Shown: positions 38,381 to 51,849, counted from the stretch's first letter. The stretch: DNA of 64,000 bases from Psammoneis japonica (GCA_008632985.1 QPGO01000296.1:1-64000); one strand, 5' to 3'. Numbers and translations: made by a program. Notes: generated by a model from the letters alone, not told the origin.

Positions 38381-38722
38381 GGCGTTTCTTTTCATTTTAC
38401 ATTGTTTTAGTTTTCACAGCAGCAACAAGGACAAGTGTGGCGGCTGTCATTAGAAATGCCAGCAGTTTAGAACATTAGTTTAATTGCATTGTTCTTACTT
38501 CTTAGCACAGCAGTGTCTTTACGTCTTAGTTTCAATCCATAAAACATCGTTGACAACGACACCGCGTAGCCTCCGCTGTTGGCTACATCGATGCAGAGTA
38601 CGGGCTACCACCTCGGCACCGCAGTCGGCAGCATCGGCTATCGGCATGCGTGCTGTTCGCACGATCCTGAAAATGCGAGAAAAACAGGGGAAAATGAAAA
38701 TTTCGATTTTTCACGCAACTCC

Positions 38723-39016
38723 CAGATCATAAATCTGCGCATCACTTTGTGTCACCTTGGCATCCCAGTCCATGAAACATGTCACATGTTCGGGGACAAC
38801 AAGTCAGTTGTGGACAGTGCCACCATCTTGCACTCCAAGTTACACAAGCAACACACCACCCTCTTGTTCCACCATGTGCGTGAGGTGATTGCTCCTGGTT
38901 TCCTCAAGCCTCATTTCATCAAAGGTTCCCACAACCCAGCTGACATTCTCAGCAAGCACTGGGGACACTCTCAGGTCTGGCACCTCCTTCATCCCCTGAT
39001 GTTTTTGGAAAGTTGA
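38723..39016 (+). pseudogene. Copia RNase H C-terminal fragment
   Basis: QIINLRITLCHLGIPV..MFGDNKSVV..FHHVRE..NPADILSK; purine tract GGGAGGAG at ~39076. Confidence 0.85.
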
Positions 39017-42000
39017 TCCTGAAGCTTTCAACCAATCTTGCCTTGAATCTGTCACTGTTGACCCCTCAAGCAAACTGGGAGGAGTGACAGGATTTGAACA
39101 AGATTTTAGTTTGTCACACACAATTGTGTGTGCTCTTGGTTCTGCATGCAGTGCATGATGCAGTTTGCTTTTGAGCCACATGGCTCACAAGAACAACAAC
39201 AGCAGCACCAACATCATGACACTGGTCTTTTGGCTCCTGCAATGGTCTCTGCATGGAGACTCATCTTCCATTTAGACAGCAGCAAGGAGTCATTGTTTTC
39301 TTTCACCCCAGTGATCTTCATTTTCTGTCAAGACTGACGATGCCCAAACCAACCACGGCTTTTCAGCAAGCAGCAACTGAGCCCCCATCACCCTCTTCTC
39401 AAGCAGCAAATGCAACGGATCCTCCTGCCATGCCAGCGACTCTGCGGTTCACCACTTGGCCTTGCAGCACATGCAACACATGTCATGCCTTGACTCATTG
39501 ATCTTTGGACAATCATCCAAAAGAGCTGGCGTGACTTTTTGTGCAATGGACCACACTTCCTTGGGTCTCTTTCAAACCTCACGCAACAAATTGGCACAGG
39601 CCAAGCTCATTTGAGCATCCTCTGGCCATCACTTGCAGTGCCCCACAAACCAAAACATTGCCTCCTCATGTTTTCTGTTGAGAAACGCTTCTGCGGCATG
39701 GTGCTGGGCTGTGTCCTTGAACAGGTCACATTTCTGGCTCAACTTCTTTTGCAAGTTTTCACCCTTGATGCAGTGCGTCAATGGCGGATTGACCAAATGA
39801 GCCTGTGGCAACAAACTTGCATCTTCAGTGCTTGTTGCTGGTTTGCAGACAAGCAGTGCATGGACAAGCACCGGGTGTCATTTCACATTGTTTGAGTCTG
39901 GCAATGGACTGTTGAGAATCACACCAGACTCACCATTCAGTGCATTTCCTTGCTCACTCTTGAGTTCTGTGATTGTCACAAGCGTGGATGTGGTGATGAC
40001 ATCTTCGTTCTCCACTGCCATTCTAAATGTGAGGGGCACAATCTCTCTGACACACCCTGGCCAGATTTTGGAGAGAAGAAACCATCAGTCAGATGATTGT
40101 GATTCATCCCACAGATGATCCAGATGATTGTCACTGTGCAATGTGCGTGTGCACATCATGCATGAGTGGAGGCTTGACCGAGTTGCCCCCAGGTCATCGT
40201 GTGAAGTTCTTTCTGTTCTTTGGGTGTTGTTCATTGCACTCCACTTCAGCCACAATTCTTCTTTCACAATTGTGACAAGAGAAGGTTGGTTGTTGTTTGC
40301 TTTTCTGCAGGCTTTGTTCCTTTTGGGAGACAAAAACACAAGGACAGGAAAGCTCGTCAAGCACCACCAACCCCCACTCTTTGTTGGGCAGAGTTGTGAG
40401 AGATGTTTGGCGACATGGGCAGAAAGCAGTCAGTTGAACATGAGGCTCCATGTGGTGCGGAATTTTCTTGTCAACATGGGCTTGAGCTGTGGCATCACAC
40501 AAACACACTCTTCCTGTTGCTCTCCCCCTGTGGAGTGCAGCGGGTGTGGCAAGCAAAAAGAAAACACAGCTCCCCCGCGATGCTCCTGATGGAAACATTT
40601 CTTGGCCCAGAAGTGCTCCCCCCCCTCCCCACCAAAACGAAAAAAGCATCTTGTGTGTGGTGTCTCCTTGTCATCAGCAATGCAGCCAAAATGTGCAGGA
40701 CCAGTTGGCATCCAGAGAAAGATCCCTGTGGTGTTGTGATCACAACATGAAAAGGCACACCAGACACTTCAGTGCTGACATTGTTGAGTGAGCATGTTGT
40801 GCCTTGCACACACTCCACAAAATGCTCCTGATGAGTGCAGCAAGTCCCATCTCTTGTAAAATTGTGCTGCGCGGACCAACAATCAGCCCATGATCCAGCT
40901 GTTGGCCATCTTGGGAGTCAAATCAAAGAACTCTCCCATTCCATGATGGAGCCACCTACACTTGGAGTTCACAGACCAAGGACCGGAGTGGCCCATTGGC
41001 ATTTGTGCTGCCAACATTTTGTCATTGTGACTGTTTGATGTTTCTCACTGTTTCCTTGTTTTCATCATGAAGGTTGGCTGCTGGAGCTTGACTCTTCTTT
41101 GATCTCTGTCACTCCCCATCAACCTGACACTTTGAGTGTTGCTTGTGCATTGTCTCTCTTCAGTGGCTTCTGGCTTTGCCATCAAATGGGCCCCCCCCAT
41201 GGCCGACTCGAGTCGCCATTTTTTGTGCACTTGTGTGACAAGAAATGCTGCACACTTTGTGTCCTTGTGACATTCTTGTTGCTCAATGACAGCTTGTTTT
41301 CAATGAGGGTCATCAAGACTGTCACACAACCACACAAAGTGTTCTGTGCCAGAGCTCTGCATGTGCAACACGCCATCATCAACTCTCCTCCAACAACTGG
41401 CCCAGTTTCCCACATGCTTTGAGTTCAATCACCAGTTGACTGCCCTCTGTTGTTCTCTGACTCTGCTCTTCTCTGGCGGCTGGTGCACCTGCCTGAGCCC
41501 TCTGGCTGGTTGTGGTGCAAGCCATGAGTGCCAGAGGACCTGGAGCTGAAACTTTCAATTCCGAGAACTCGGAAATGGAGCTCTTGCCAGAGAGAGCTGC
41601 AAAGGGCAGGCGGCATGGGCTGCAAGCAAAAACAATCTCTTGACTCATCAACGTGCAGCACAATGTTGATGAAAGAAAAGAATGAGATTGGGGTCCAGGT
41701 GCTTGCAGCCGTGAGAACTGCTTCTGCGGCATGCACAATGCCTCCGGAGCAGCAACACAAAACAACCCCCCCACTCATGCAGGTGGGAAGCACAGACCAC
41801 CAATGCAACAAGACAAGCACTGCGTGAAACAGGGGACACCAGAGCAGTGGGCCTGGTGTGTTGATGTCATGCATGAAGCATGCACCATGACATCACACTC
41901 CAAGATCATTGTGCGGAGCCAAAGGAGTTTTTTGTGGTCAACCATGATGAACATGCAACGATTCTGACCGCAACAAGCAAGTTTGTTCTGAACGGCACAT

Positions 42001-44315
42001 TGTGGAACTGCAATGTGTTCTTTTCCTCATTGAAGAATGTCAGTTTTTTGGTTGAAAACAGTGTAAAACATCTTGTCATCGGCTTGCAAACATGAAGGAC
42101 TGCTGCAAATCAAACATCTGAGGAGCCACTCCCTGCCAGGAGCCTCAGATGACTAACTTAGACACACATTGCATCAACAATGGATCTCTGAGAGGTGCCA
42201 CACAACTCAGAGACTTGCTTCCACTGCTTCAGATGGACAAGCCCGGTCTGCCACAACCTCCAGCCCATCAGCTTCCGGCGTCTCAAGTGCTTGTTGAACT
42301 TTTGTGTGCACTCAAATCACCCATGTTCATTGCACATGAGGACTCATGACAAGCAGCAGTCAACATGATGATTGTTCACAATGACTCTTGCTGCAGTCTG
42401 AGTTGATTTGGTTGTTAAGTTGGGCAACTGGCAAACCATTTCCAGGTGGATCTGTGTTTGTTTCTGCTCAAAGTGGCCATCCCAGAAAGACAGACACCTC
42501 TCCCTGTCATTCGCTGTGCGTGCACAAGTGAGTGAACATGATTGCACCTGATGCACTCCTCCCTGGAGCTCAGAAACAGCGTTGCCGGTGGATGCACCTG
42601 TGGCAGAAATTTTGACAGACAGCAAGAAATGTGTCAGCAAAAGTGTGATGATTGACAGTTTGAGCAGTGCTCATCAACCACTGTCCTTCCTGTGGGTTCA
42701 ACAAAGACATTTCACATGTGATTGCCAATCAAATTGAAACATTGATGATGACGTGTCTGAATGGTCACCACGCTCGACAGCAACTTCATGCCACACAAAA
42801 TCACGAAGCACGGTGGTGCTTGACCAACCTGCGTGAGCATCCGGGGGCAGCTCCATCCACACTGCCACTTTCATTGAATCGTTCAATGAACACATGCAAC
42901 CTTTTATGTTCTTTGGCCATGGAGGCATTCACAACCTTTGATTGGATGGAGGCAACAACAGTGACAAAGCATGAGAAGCACAGCAGTGTGAAAAAAAGCA
43001 TCTGAAGGAAAAATTCGAGTGGCAATTGCCACACCACATGTTTCTCACATGATTCAGAAAGATGCTGCAGATGCAATTGCCGCTGGATTGTCAATGTTGA
43101 CGCCGCCGCAAACGATTTCCTCACCATGGTCAATGTCATTTTTTCTCGTGCAACGTGCAAAAAAATGTTTTAGTTGAATTGCTCATCTGCAATGTCCCTC
43201 CTACGTAGAAATTTTACGCAGTGCGAGTGAACGAAACCAAAACCTTCCGTCTTCCGGCCGTGCCGCATTGGTCATGAACCCGACAGCGGCACTTGGTTGA
43301 ACCCCCACACAACCTCTTTCGACCCACAGCTGCACTCAACATGCTGTTCCATGATGACTGATTCCAACAAGAACGATTCATTGTCATCGCATCAAGGCCC
43401 ATCACCGCTGTTGGAACGCCTGATGCAACCCCAGAAGAACCCGTCTCGGACTGTTTCGTCCAACCAAGAATGGATCGCCTTTGCTGACAAGCCAACAAGC
43501 CGCCGCTGCCATCCATTTTGAGTCCAGCACAGCCAGAAGAAAAATTGGTGGGTCTTCAGTTTCATCCTGAGCTCTTGACACGATCCCGTTTGGAATGGGT
43601 GGTGGGTCTCACCCTGCAACACATGGAAATGGGTCAACGCATGGATGTGCCAATGCCTGAAAATGCAGAGGGGATTTGGTGTGTTCAAGTTAATCCAAAG
43701 CATCATCAGACAACTGACAAGGACAGTGACATTCAGCAAGAATTTGTTCTTGTTTGCAAAGTCAAAGACAAAAAATTGTTGACTCCAAGATTGGAGTTGC
43801 ATTGCGGTCAACTTGCAGGACGTGATGCAGGCTCTTGGTGGTGGAGCATGACTTGTGTGGATTCTCCATTGCCACTCAAATTAAATTTGATTCAAGGATG
43901 CCCTTTTCAGTTTGCGAGTGATGGGAATTGTCTTTCCTCAAGATCACCCATCAGAGCCATTGCCCATGCCACTTTCGGCTGGTCCAGCCTCAACAAGCAC
44001 AAAAGGGTGCTCGCAAGGCGCCCGGATGCACCTGTCAAGATTTGCTGCAGAATCAACTTGATCAAGACAAGTTGAAGCATTGTGTGATGACTGAAGTTGT
44101 GAAAGTGCCTTTGGAAAATGATGCTGATGATGATTCCGTGCAAGTTCTGCCACAGTCTGTGGGTGGTTGCCTGTTTCAGAGTTTTTCATGCAGTCCAAGT
44201 GGACGCTTTCTCTTGGTTCAGCATGTCAATTTGGCAAAATTGCAGAGCTCTGGGATTTGCATTCTTCTCAGAGCATCATGGTGGCCTCCTTGCCCGTGGA
44301 TGATGAAATCCCACT

Positions 44316-44673
44316 TGTGACATTTTAGAATGACTGTGGACATTTCAAGACATCCAGACTCTTAGAATTTCTACACGGCTGAGTCAGACATGAGAAACTT
44401 TCAATGCAAGTGTCAAACCTTCACCGTGAACCTTAGTGCAAGATCTACGAGAAAGACATTCAAAGAGTGTCTGTTTTCTTACGTGGCACATGTCCAAAAG
44501 CCACGAGATCACTTTTCTCGCAGATCACTTTTAGATCAGTTTTAGCTTGTAATTTCAACTAAGCACGAGTTAGCAAGACAACTCATTGCTGTTTTGCTGG
44601 CTTTTAGCACCTTGTGCTGATTGTCAGCAGTGAATTCTACAGATGGGACTAGCTTCCAAGGTAGAATCCCACA
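44316..44673 (+). repeat. 5' LTR of Copia 1
   Basis: Direct repeat of 49345-49702. Confidence 0.95.
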
Positions 44674-47600
44674 CACTTCCTCTGCGACCTGCTTCACAAC
44701 TTCGATTCCAAGCCAGCCATTGATCGAAACCAAGTCCTCTGATGATGGTCAACACCCACACTTCCGTTGCCTCATTGACATCTCCCAGGACCACTGGTTC
44801 TCCAAGGAACACTGACATGACTGCTGGATCTCCTGCTCCAGCTCCTGTTGGAGCTCCTGCTCCAGCTGCAGCTCCCGCAGCCACACCTGTGCCGGCTCCA
44901 CCAATCCCGCCAGCTCCTCCTGGAGGTGGTGGCAGTGGCAGTGGTGGTGGAGGCATCCCTCCAGGTGGTGGTGGCGGCGCTCCTCCAGTGCCTCCTGTGC
45001 CTCCTGTTGCACCCGCTGCAGGACCAATCTTTGCACTGACTCCAGGCCAGCACCGTCCTGATGATTGGATCGATTGTGGCTCCAACAAGAAGGTTTCCTG
45101 CGCCAATGCTCTGGCTTCTGTCATTGAAGATCTAGAGTCCAAGGAATGACTGGCCCAGGATGCCTTCCGGACATGGGCTTTCTGCATGAAGGCGGTCTTT
45201 ATTGCATTCACAATTGCCCCAGTCATCACAAGCTTCGTCGACACTGTGGCTCCACTGTTGTTGTTCACAGTGTTCACGTCACTCAACCTGCCAGAGAAGA
45301 ACTGGAAACGTGCATCTAAGTCAGCAATGACGTCGGGTGAATGGATCATTTTGCAAATCCCAGCTGATGGCATGACTGGCAGACGCAAACCATGACAGAA
45401 CAAGAGTCGACACTCACCAAGATGTGTCACTCCCAAGAAGAAGGGATGTCCTGCTCGAGTGGCCTGCAAGAAGGCTCAATGCAAAACAACCTTTCACAAG
45501 ACGGTCTGCGCCAACACCTCTGCCACCACGACTCTGTTCAAACGAGAGCCAAGGATGGAACCAGCATCCTGCGACCCCGACTCCTTCATCATTGGTGTCG
45601 ACAACCACGCAACATGCATGATGTTGAACAACAGAGCACACTTTGTTGGCAACCTGCATCCTGCAAACAAGCGGATCAAGGGAGCAGGTGGATGGCCAGA
45701 TGCAGAAGGAGAAGGTGCTCTCAAGTGGTGCATCGAGGATGACAACGGACAGATGCATGCCATCACCACATGTGACGCATTGTGCATCCCAAACTCACCC
45801 ATTTGCCTGCTCTGCCCCCAGCAGTGGATTCAGCAAGCTCAGGATCATCATCCTGAACCACACAGAATGACTTCCTGGAACCAAGATGACGGTCTCCTGC
45901 TCATGTGGGATCAAAGGAAGCACACAAGGCTGGTCCCTTGGACCAACAACTCCAACGTTGCATGCTTTCGTTCTGCACCCGGTTCCACAGACTGTCGGGC
46001 ATTTGCCACCACAGTCAGTCGAACATGCAGCCTGCCAAATGCACGTGACACCTCCAGATGACGAAAGTGACTCAGAGTCCGTGGACGCCGCGAATGAAGA
46101 AGAAGCCTTCACAAGTCCTGACGAGACAGGTCCCAATGAGACTCAAGGCACACGCAACAGCATTGATGAGGAAGTGCCGCTGTTGTTCAAACCGGCAGAT
46201 GCTGCACACAGATCCGACTCACCTGATGAGAACCTGAAGGATCTAGTGACCCCAGACATGCAACCTAAAATCAACCACCCCATCAATGTCATCCCTGATG
46301 ATGATGCCCTTGCGGCCACCAACAACCAAGGTGAATTGTTGCATTGGCACTGTCGCCTTGGACACCAATCATTCAAAATGATCAAGCTCCCAGCTGCGTT
46401 GGGTGTCCTTCCAAGATGCCTCCCAATGGTGAAAGACCCAAAATGTGCTGGCTGCCTCTGTGGTGCCATGGCCAAACGCCCTTGGCGCACCAACTCCAAA
46501 CGCAAATCGAACATGCATGTCACTACAAAGCCAGGGGAGGTCATGTCGGTGGATCAGCTTGAAAGCTCGACCCCAGGTTTCATCCCACAACTCAAAGGGA
46601 GACCTGCAAAAAAGTGATGCAGAGCAGCAACAGCATTCGTTGATCACTGTTCCAAGATCGGATGCGTGTTCCTGCAACAGTCACTTGCCTCCGATGAAAC
46701 CCTGAAGGCCAAGCACGCATTTGAGGCCTTTGCAAGACAACATCACGTCCAAATCAAACACTGTCATGCCAACAACGGCCGATTTGCAGACAACGCTTTC
46801 ACGCAAGATGGCAGCACAGAAAAACGAATCCGAGACCTGCAAGAACAAATGCGCAAGCAGCTGTTACATGCAAAAGCAAGATGGCCAACGGCTGTTGAGA
46901 TCAATCTCTGGCCCAGCGCATTGCGCAACTCCAATGAGATCAAGAACAACTTGCCTGGCCAACCAGATGGCAGCTCACCAATTGAACGATTCGCCTCCGT
47001 CAAGGTTGCTCCCAATCTCAAGCAACACCACACTTTCGGATGCCTCGTCTGTGCGCCAGACAACTGACTGCAGAGTGGACAGAGAGCACCCAAGTGGCAA
47101 TCAAGATCAAGGTTAGGAATCAACTTGGGACCATCACCAAGACACACCGGTTCAGTCAACCTGGTGCTCAACCTTGAGACTGGACTTACCTCACCGCAGT
47201 TCCACGTCCAATTTGATGACTTCTTCGAAACAGCAAGTCCTTCAGCAGGGAGTGCACCAACATTCTCACACTGGCAAATCGCATCAGGCCCAAGGAAGCA
47301 AAAGGCACCGAGATTTAACGCGTTCAAGCCTCAAAAGGAAGCAAGGGAGACTTGCTCCACTGCTCCAGCGCAGAACGCTTCAGCACTGGAACCCGACATT
47401 CCGCGACAACTCAAAGACGAAAATTTTCCAACTGCAGATGACGAGACTTTCGAGCCAGCAGCAGATGCACCACCTGAAGGCACCCACGAGACGGCATTGG
47501 AACAACCAAGTGTCAGCAGGTCCAGCAGAGTGCGCAAACTGACGCAACGCATGGTCGAAAGCCAGCAACAACAAGCAGCCGGCATCGCATCGTGTCAAGC

Positions 47601-49344
47601 AAATTACAGCAAGTGCTGCAACGCTGTGCACAAAGATGACTACAAGCTGCGAGACGACATGGACTCACATTTCGCCTTCTTAGCCAAAACTGACCATGAT
47701 GCCATGCATTTTGATCAAGCCATGAAAGAACCAGACCAAGACGGATTCATCAAGGCTTGCATCAAGGAGGTCAACGACCACATTGAGCGCAAGCACTGGG
47801 CACTGACACCCATTGAAGAGGCACCTGAAGGCGTTGACATGCTCCCTGCAGTGTGGTCCATGAAGAGAAAGAGAGATGTCAAGACAAGAAAGGTGCACAA
47901 GTGCAAGTCCAGGCTCAATGTGCATGGTGGCAAGCAAGAATTTGCCTTCAACTGTTTTCAAACTTATGCCACCGTTGTCAACTGGAACACCATCTGCTTC
48001 CCACTCATCCTGTCTGTCCTGAATGGTTGGCATGCTCGACAAGTTGATTTTGCACTTGCTTGTCCTCATGCCAACATCGAGCATGACATGTGTGTGGAGC
48101 TGCCAAAAGGCATTGAAACCAAACATGGAAATGGCAAGACTCATGTCTTGAAATTGTTGAAGAACCTGCATGGACAGAAACAAGCAGGCAGAACATGGGG
48201 TGAGCACTTAAGGCAAGGCTTGGAAAGAATCGGATTCAAACAATCACAAGTCGACAAGTGTCTCTGTCACAGAGGAAATGCCATTTTCCCACACTGTGTT
48301 GATGATGGCATTTTTGCCTCACCAGATGAGGCTGCCATTGACCAAGCTGTCGCGGATGCACACAATGAGAACTTTGATGTTGACGATCAAGGGAGCATTG
48401 ATGATTGTCTTGGTGTCAATGTCAAGACTCTCCCTGATGGGCGCATGAAGCTCACGCAACCGCATGTGATTGATCAAATTCTGGAGATGGTGAACTTGCC
48501 TCGGTGCATGCCGGACAAGCAAACTCCAGCTCCTGCATCCAAAATGCTGCACAGACACGAGAATGAAGACTCACATGATGGATCTTTTGACTGCAGAAGT
48601 GTGGTTGGCAAACTCAACTTCCTTGAGAAGTGCACCAGACCTGACATGGCTCATGCAAAACATCAGATTGCACGGTTCTCCAGCGACCCCAAACAATTGC
48701 ACGGCGAGGCAGTGCTGTGGTCATGCAAGCACCTGCGTGCAACCAGACATGAAGGTGTCTCATGCTTGAACCCGACAAGGACAAGTCATTGGAAGTCTAC
48801 GCGGATGCCAACTTTGTGGGCAATTGGAACAAGCTGACTGCCCCATGTGACGTCAGTGCTTCAAAGTTGCGAACCAGATGCGTCATCACCCACGCTGATT
48901 GTCCTGTGGTTTGGACATCTAAGTTACAGACACAAATTGCACTCAGCATGACAGAAGCCGAATGCATCGCACTGTCCGAGAGCCTCCGAAGTGCCATGCC
49001 TCTCATCAACTTTGTGCACGAGCTCCAAGAACATGGACACAAGGTGCCATCCAAAACTCCTTTGGTCCACTGCAAGGCCTTCAAAGATGATTCTGGTGCC
49101 TTGGAGATTGCAAGGTTGCCCAAGATTTGACCAAGAACCAAGCACTTCAACATTTCACTGCATCATTTCAAGGAACATGTTAGGAAGGGCATCATTTCCA
49201 TTTTGCCCATTGACACCACTGAACAAATTGCAGACATGGCAACCAAGCCAAATCCTCAGAATTTGTGTGCAAAGCTGCGCAAGAAGCTCCTCAAGTGGTG
49301 ATTTAGTTTCAAGTCACAGTTGCACCCAACACTTTCAAAGGGAG

Positions 49345-49702
49345 TGTGACATTTTAGAATGACTGTGGACATTTCAAGACATCCAGACTCTTAGAATTTC
49401 TACACAGCTGAGTCAGACATGAGAAACTTTCAATGCAAGTGTCGAACCTTCACCGTGAACCTCAGTGCAAGATCTGCGAGAAAGACATTTGAAGAGTGTC
49501 TGTTTTCTCATGTGGCACATGTCCAAAAGCCACGAGATCACTTTTCTCGCAGATCACTTTTAGATCAGTTTTAGCTTGCAACTTCAACCAAGCATGAGTC
49601 AGCAAGACAACCCATTGCTGATTCACTGGCTTTTGGCACCTTGTGCTGATTGTCAGCACTGAATTCTGCAGATGGGACTGGCTTCCAAGGTAGAATCCCA
49701 CA
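49345..49702 (+). repeat. 3' LTR of Copia 1
   Basis: Follows the PPT; direct repeat of 44316-44673. Confidence 0.95.
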
Positions 49703-51849
49703 CCACTGAGCTGCGATGCCTGCTCTCGTCATGTTTGGCGATTTTGGTTTCATCCCCTCAATGATTCTACCATTCTTTGTGCCCATGCCTTGGATGGTGG
49801 GGATCCGGCTTGTGAGGTTGAGGATGGCAACTTTTGGGATGCCTTGCACACGCACAACCTTCAAGTGGACGACAATGATGGCACAATGGCATTGGATGAT
49901 CCAACTCAACTGGCGGGTCTAGAGTGGCATCATGACGATGTCAACTTTGCTGAATTGGGTTTGATTGTCATGGATGAATGTCATTGGAAGGACCACATGG
50001 AGTGCAAATGGAAAGTTGCACGTGTTGGAACCAAGGCTTTGGTGTGGGAGCAATCATGGGAGGACCGTCACAATTCCCGGGGGCACCCGTCACTCGACTG
50101 GGCCCAAGGGGCCAATCGTTCATTTTGGGACCAGATCCTCATGTCATTTTCCTCAAGGGAGCCAGAGCATCTCCTTTGGGTGATTGTCCCTTTTTGGATT
50201 GACGGCGCTTGGATGCGGGTGCAACCAAACGTCTTTGGCATTGCAAGGCTCCAAAAAAGGAGACATTCCCAACGTTGCCTTAGAAGTGGGTGGTGTTGCA
50301 CCAATGGACCATGACAATGTGTTTGAATCGGTTGTCATTTCGCTGCCGGATGATGAACGTGTGCTCATGAGTTGAGAAAGCAACACGACACCAAGAAACT
50401 GCCATCTCACGTCACTCAAGGATCTCAGCGACCAAGTTGCTGCAACTGCCTTTCTGCATCCCCAAGTTGACTTGCTGGGTGTGACTAAAGAATTGGTCAT
50501 GTGTGAACACAACGATGGTGTCACCATGACAGCCAATCTGCATTTGCCCAAGGACTGTGATGGCACACCACGACCAATGCTCTTTTGGGCGTGTCCTCGA
50601 GAGTTCAAAAATTCAAAGGCTGCCGGACAAGTCAAGGGGAGCAAACACAAGTTTGCATCGGCGTCGTGGGCATTGCCGGTTCATTGGGCAGAAAAGGGAT
50701 GGTTCATTGTGGATGACTTTGCACTTCCAGTCATTGGAGAGGGCAAAGTACAACCCAACGACATCTTTGTTGATCAAATTGTGTCAGGCACCACAGCTGC
50801 CGTCGAGCATGCAACCAAGCGTGGTGTTTGCGATCCAACAAAATGTGCAGTGGGTGGTCATTCTCATGGGAGCTTCATGACATCCCATTTGCTCTCGCGT
50901 GCAAGTCTGTTTGCGGCTGGATTTGGTCACAGCGGAGCCTTCAATCGAACCTTGACTCCCACGTCATTTCAATCCAAAGACCGCAGCATGTGGGAAGCAC
51001 CCGACACACACATCAACATGTCGCCCTTGATGCACGTCGAAAAGCATTCCAAAAAAGACCGTGTCGGGAAACTTTTGTTGATTCATGGGAAGAATGATGA
51101 AAACAGTGGAACGCATCCAATGCAGTCTGAGCAACACTTCTCCGCTTTGAAGGCTTTTGGAATTGAATCGCGACTCTGCATGTTGCCGCATGAGCGACAC
51201 TCCTGCCGGGCCAAGGAATCCATTTTGCACATGGCATGGGAACAAGAAACATGGCTGGCAAGTTTGGAAGACAAAACATCTGGGAAAGACCAGGCTAGAG
51301 TTGCACCACCCACATGGAGAACTTTGATGTTGCAGAGTGGATCTCTTTGCAGCAAGCATGGATTTTGGATTTTCTTTTTCTTGCTGCAGAGATTGCGCAA
51401 GCATGTGCAGATGTAGAGTTGGCAAGGGCAGCAGCAAGAGGTGGTGGATCAAACGGTGGTGCGGGTGGGTGAAGCACAAACATGTGCCAAAATTCTGCAA
51501 GGACAATGGCATGGAACACTTGTGTCACACCACACATTTACGCCACTTGTGGCATGCATTTTAGAAGCCTTCTTTTTTTGACAGCAGTCAATGGCATGCT
51601 GCGGATGCACGTCCTCGCCACAATGTGTCATTTGCACACTTTAAAAATTTTGCAGCTGATGGTGCTGTAGAGCTGCGGTGCAGAATGGCATGGACAAGAC
51701 ACCAGTCGTCTCAGCTCTGCACATGCCTGTTCCGATGTTGGTTGGAGGTTCAAGCAGCAACAAATTAATGCAAGACAACCAACCTCTGCCATGGCACCAA
51801 ATTGAAGCAACGGAGACTCTCTCCCGGGCACTTGCCAGCATGTTCATGC

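Larger units (their letters stand above)
34930..38721. mobile_element. PIF/Harbinger-superfamily DNA transposon with ~45-bp TIRs and two divergent ORFs (spans a gap)
   Basis: GGGTTGCATGAAAAATCGAAATTTTCATTTTCCCCTGTTTT on the left has its inverse ending at 38721. No convincing TSD. Confidence 0.7.
44316..49702 (+). mobile_element. Copia LTR retrotransposon 1 (complete termini; deletions in gag and integrase; defective)
   Basis: 358-bp LTRs TG..CA; 5-bp TSD CCACT (44311-15 and 49703-07); PPT AAAGGGAG; domain order PR-INT-RT-RH. Confidence 0.95.
43300..51290 (+). pseudogene. S9 serine peptidase (chloroplast glutamyl endopeptidase CGEP-like) pseudogene, interrupted by Copia 1
   Basis: 5' part QPEEKLVGL..TRSR, TCQDLL, LPVDDEIP. 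After the LTR it continues in frame L..ALDGGDP, then LFWACPREFK, GGHSHG (from GGHSYG), SGAFNRTLTP, LLIHG.ND and LPHERH. Confidence 0.85.

Noticed and set aside
23433..38478. Long ORFs containing X runs
   Set aside because: Artefacts of N gaps.
34927..38724. CTG/CCA flanks as a converted CTA TSD of the Harbinger element
   Set aside because: The right flank fits Copia codons (D-Q-I-I), the left flank is satellite, and a gap lies between them.
39090..43290. Many short ORFs
   Set aside because: No recognisable domains; explained by stop-codon depletion in TA-poor relic DNA.
44674..44700. tRNA primer-binding site of Copia 1
   Set aside because: No TGG-starting tRNA complement is recognisable; it may be non-canonical or mutated.
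44742..45149. Pro/Gly-rich ORF as a host gene
   Set aside because: It is the internally deleted gag of Copia 1.
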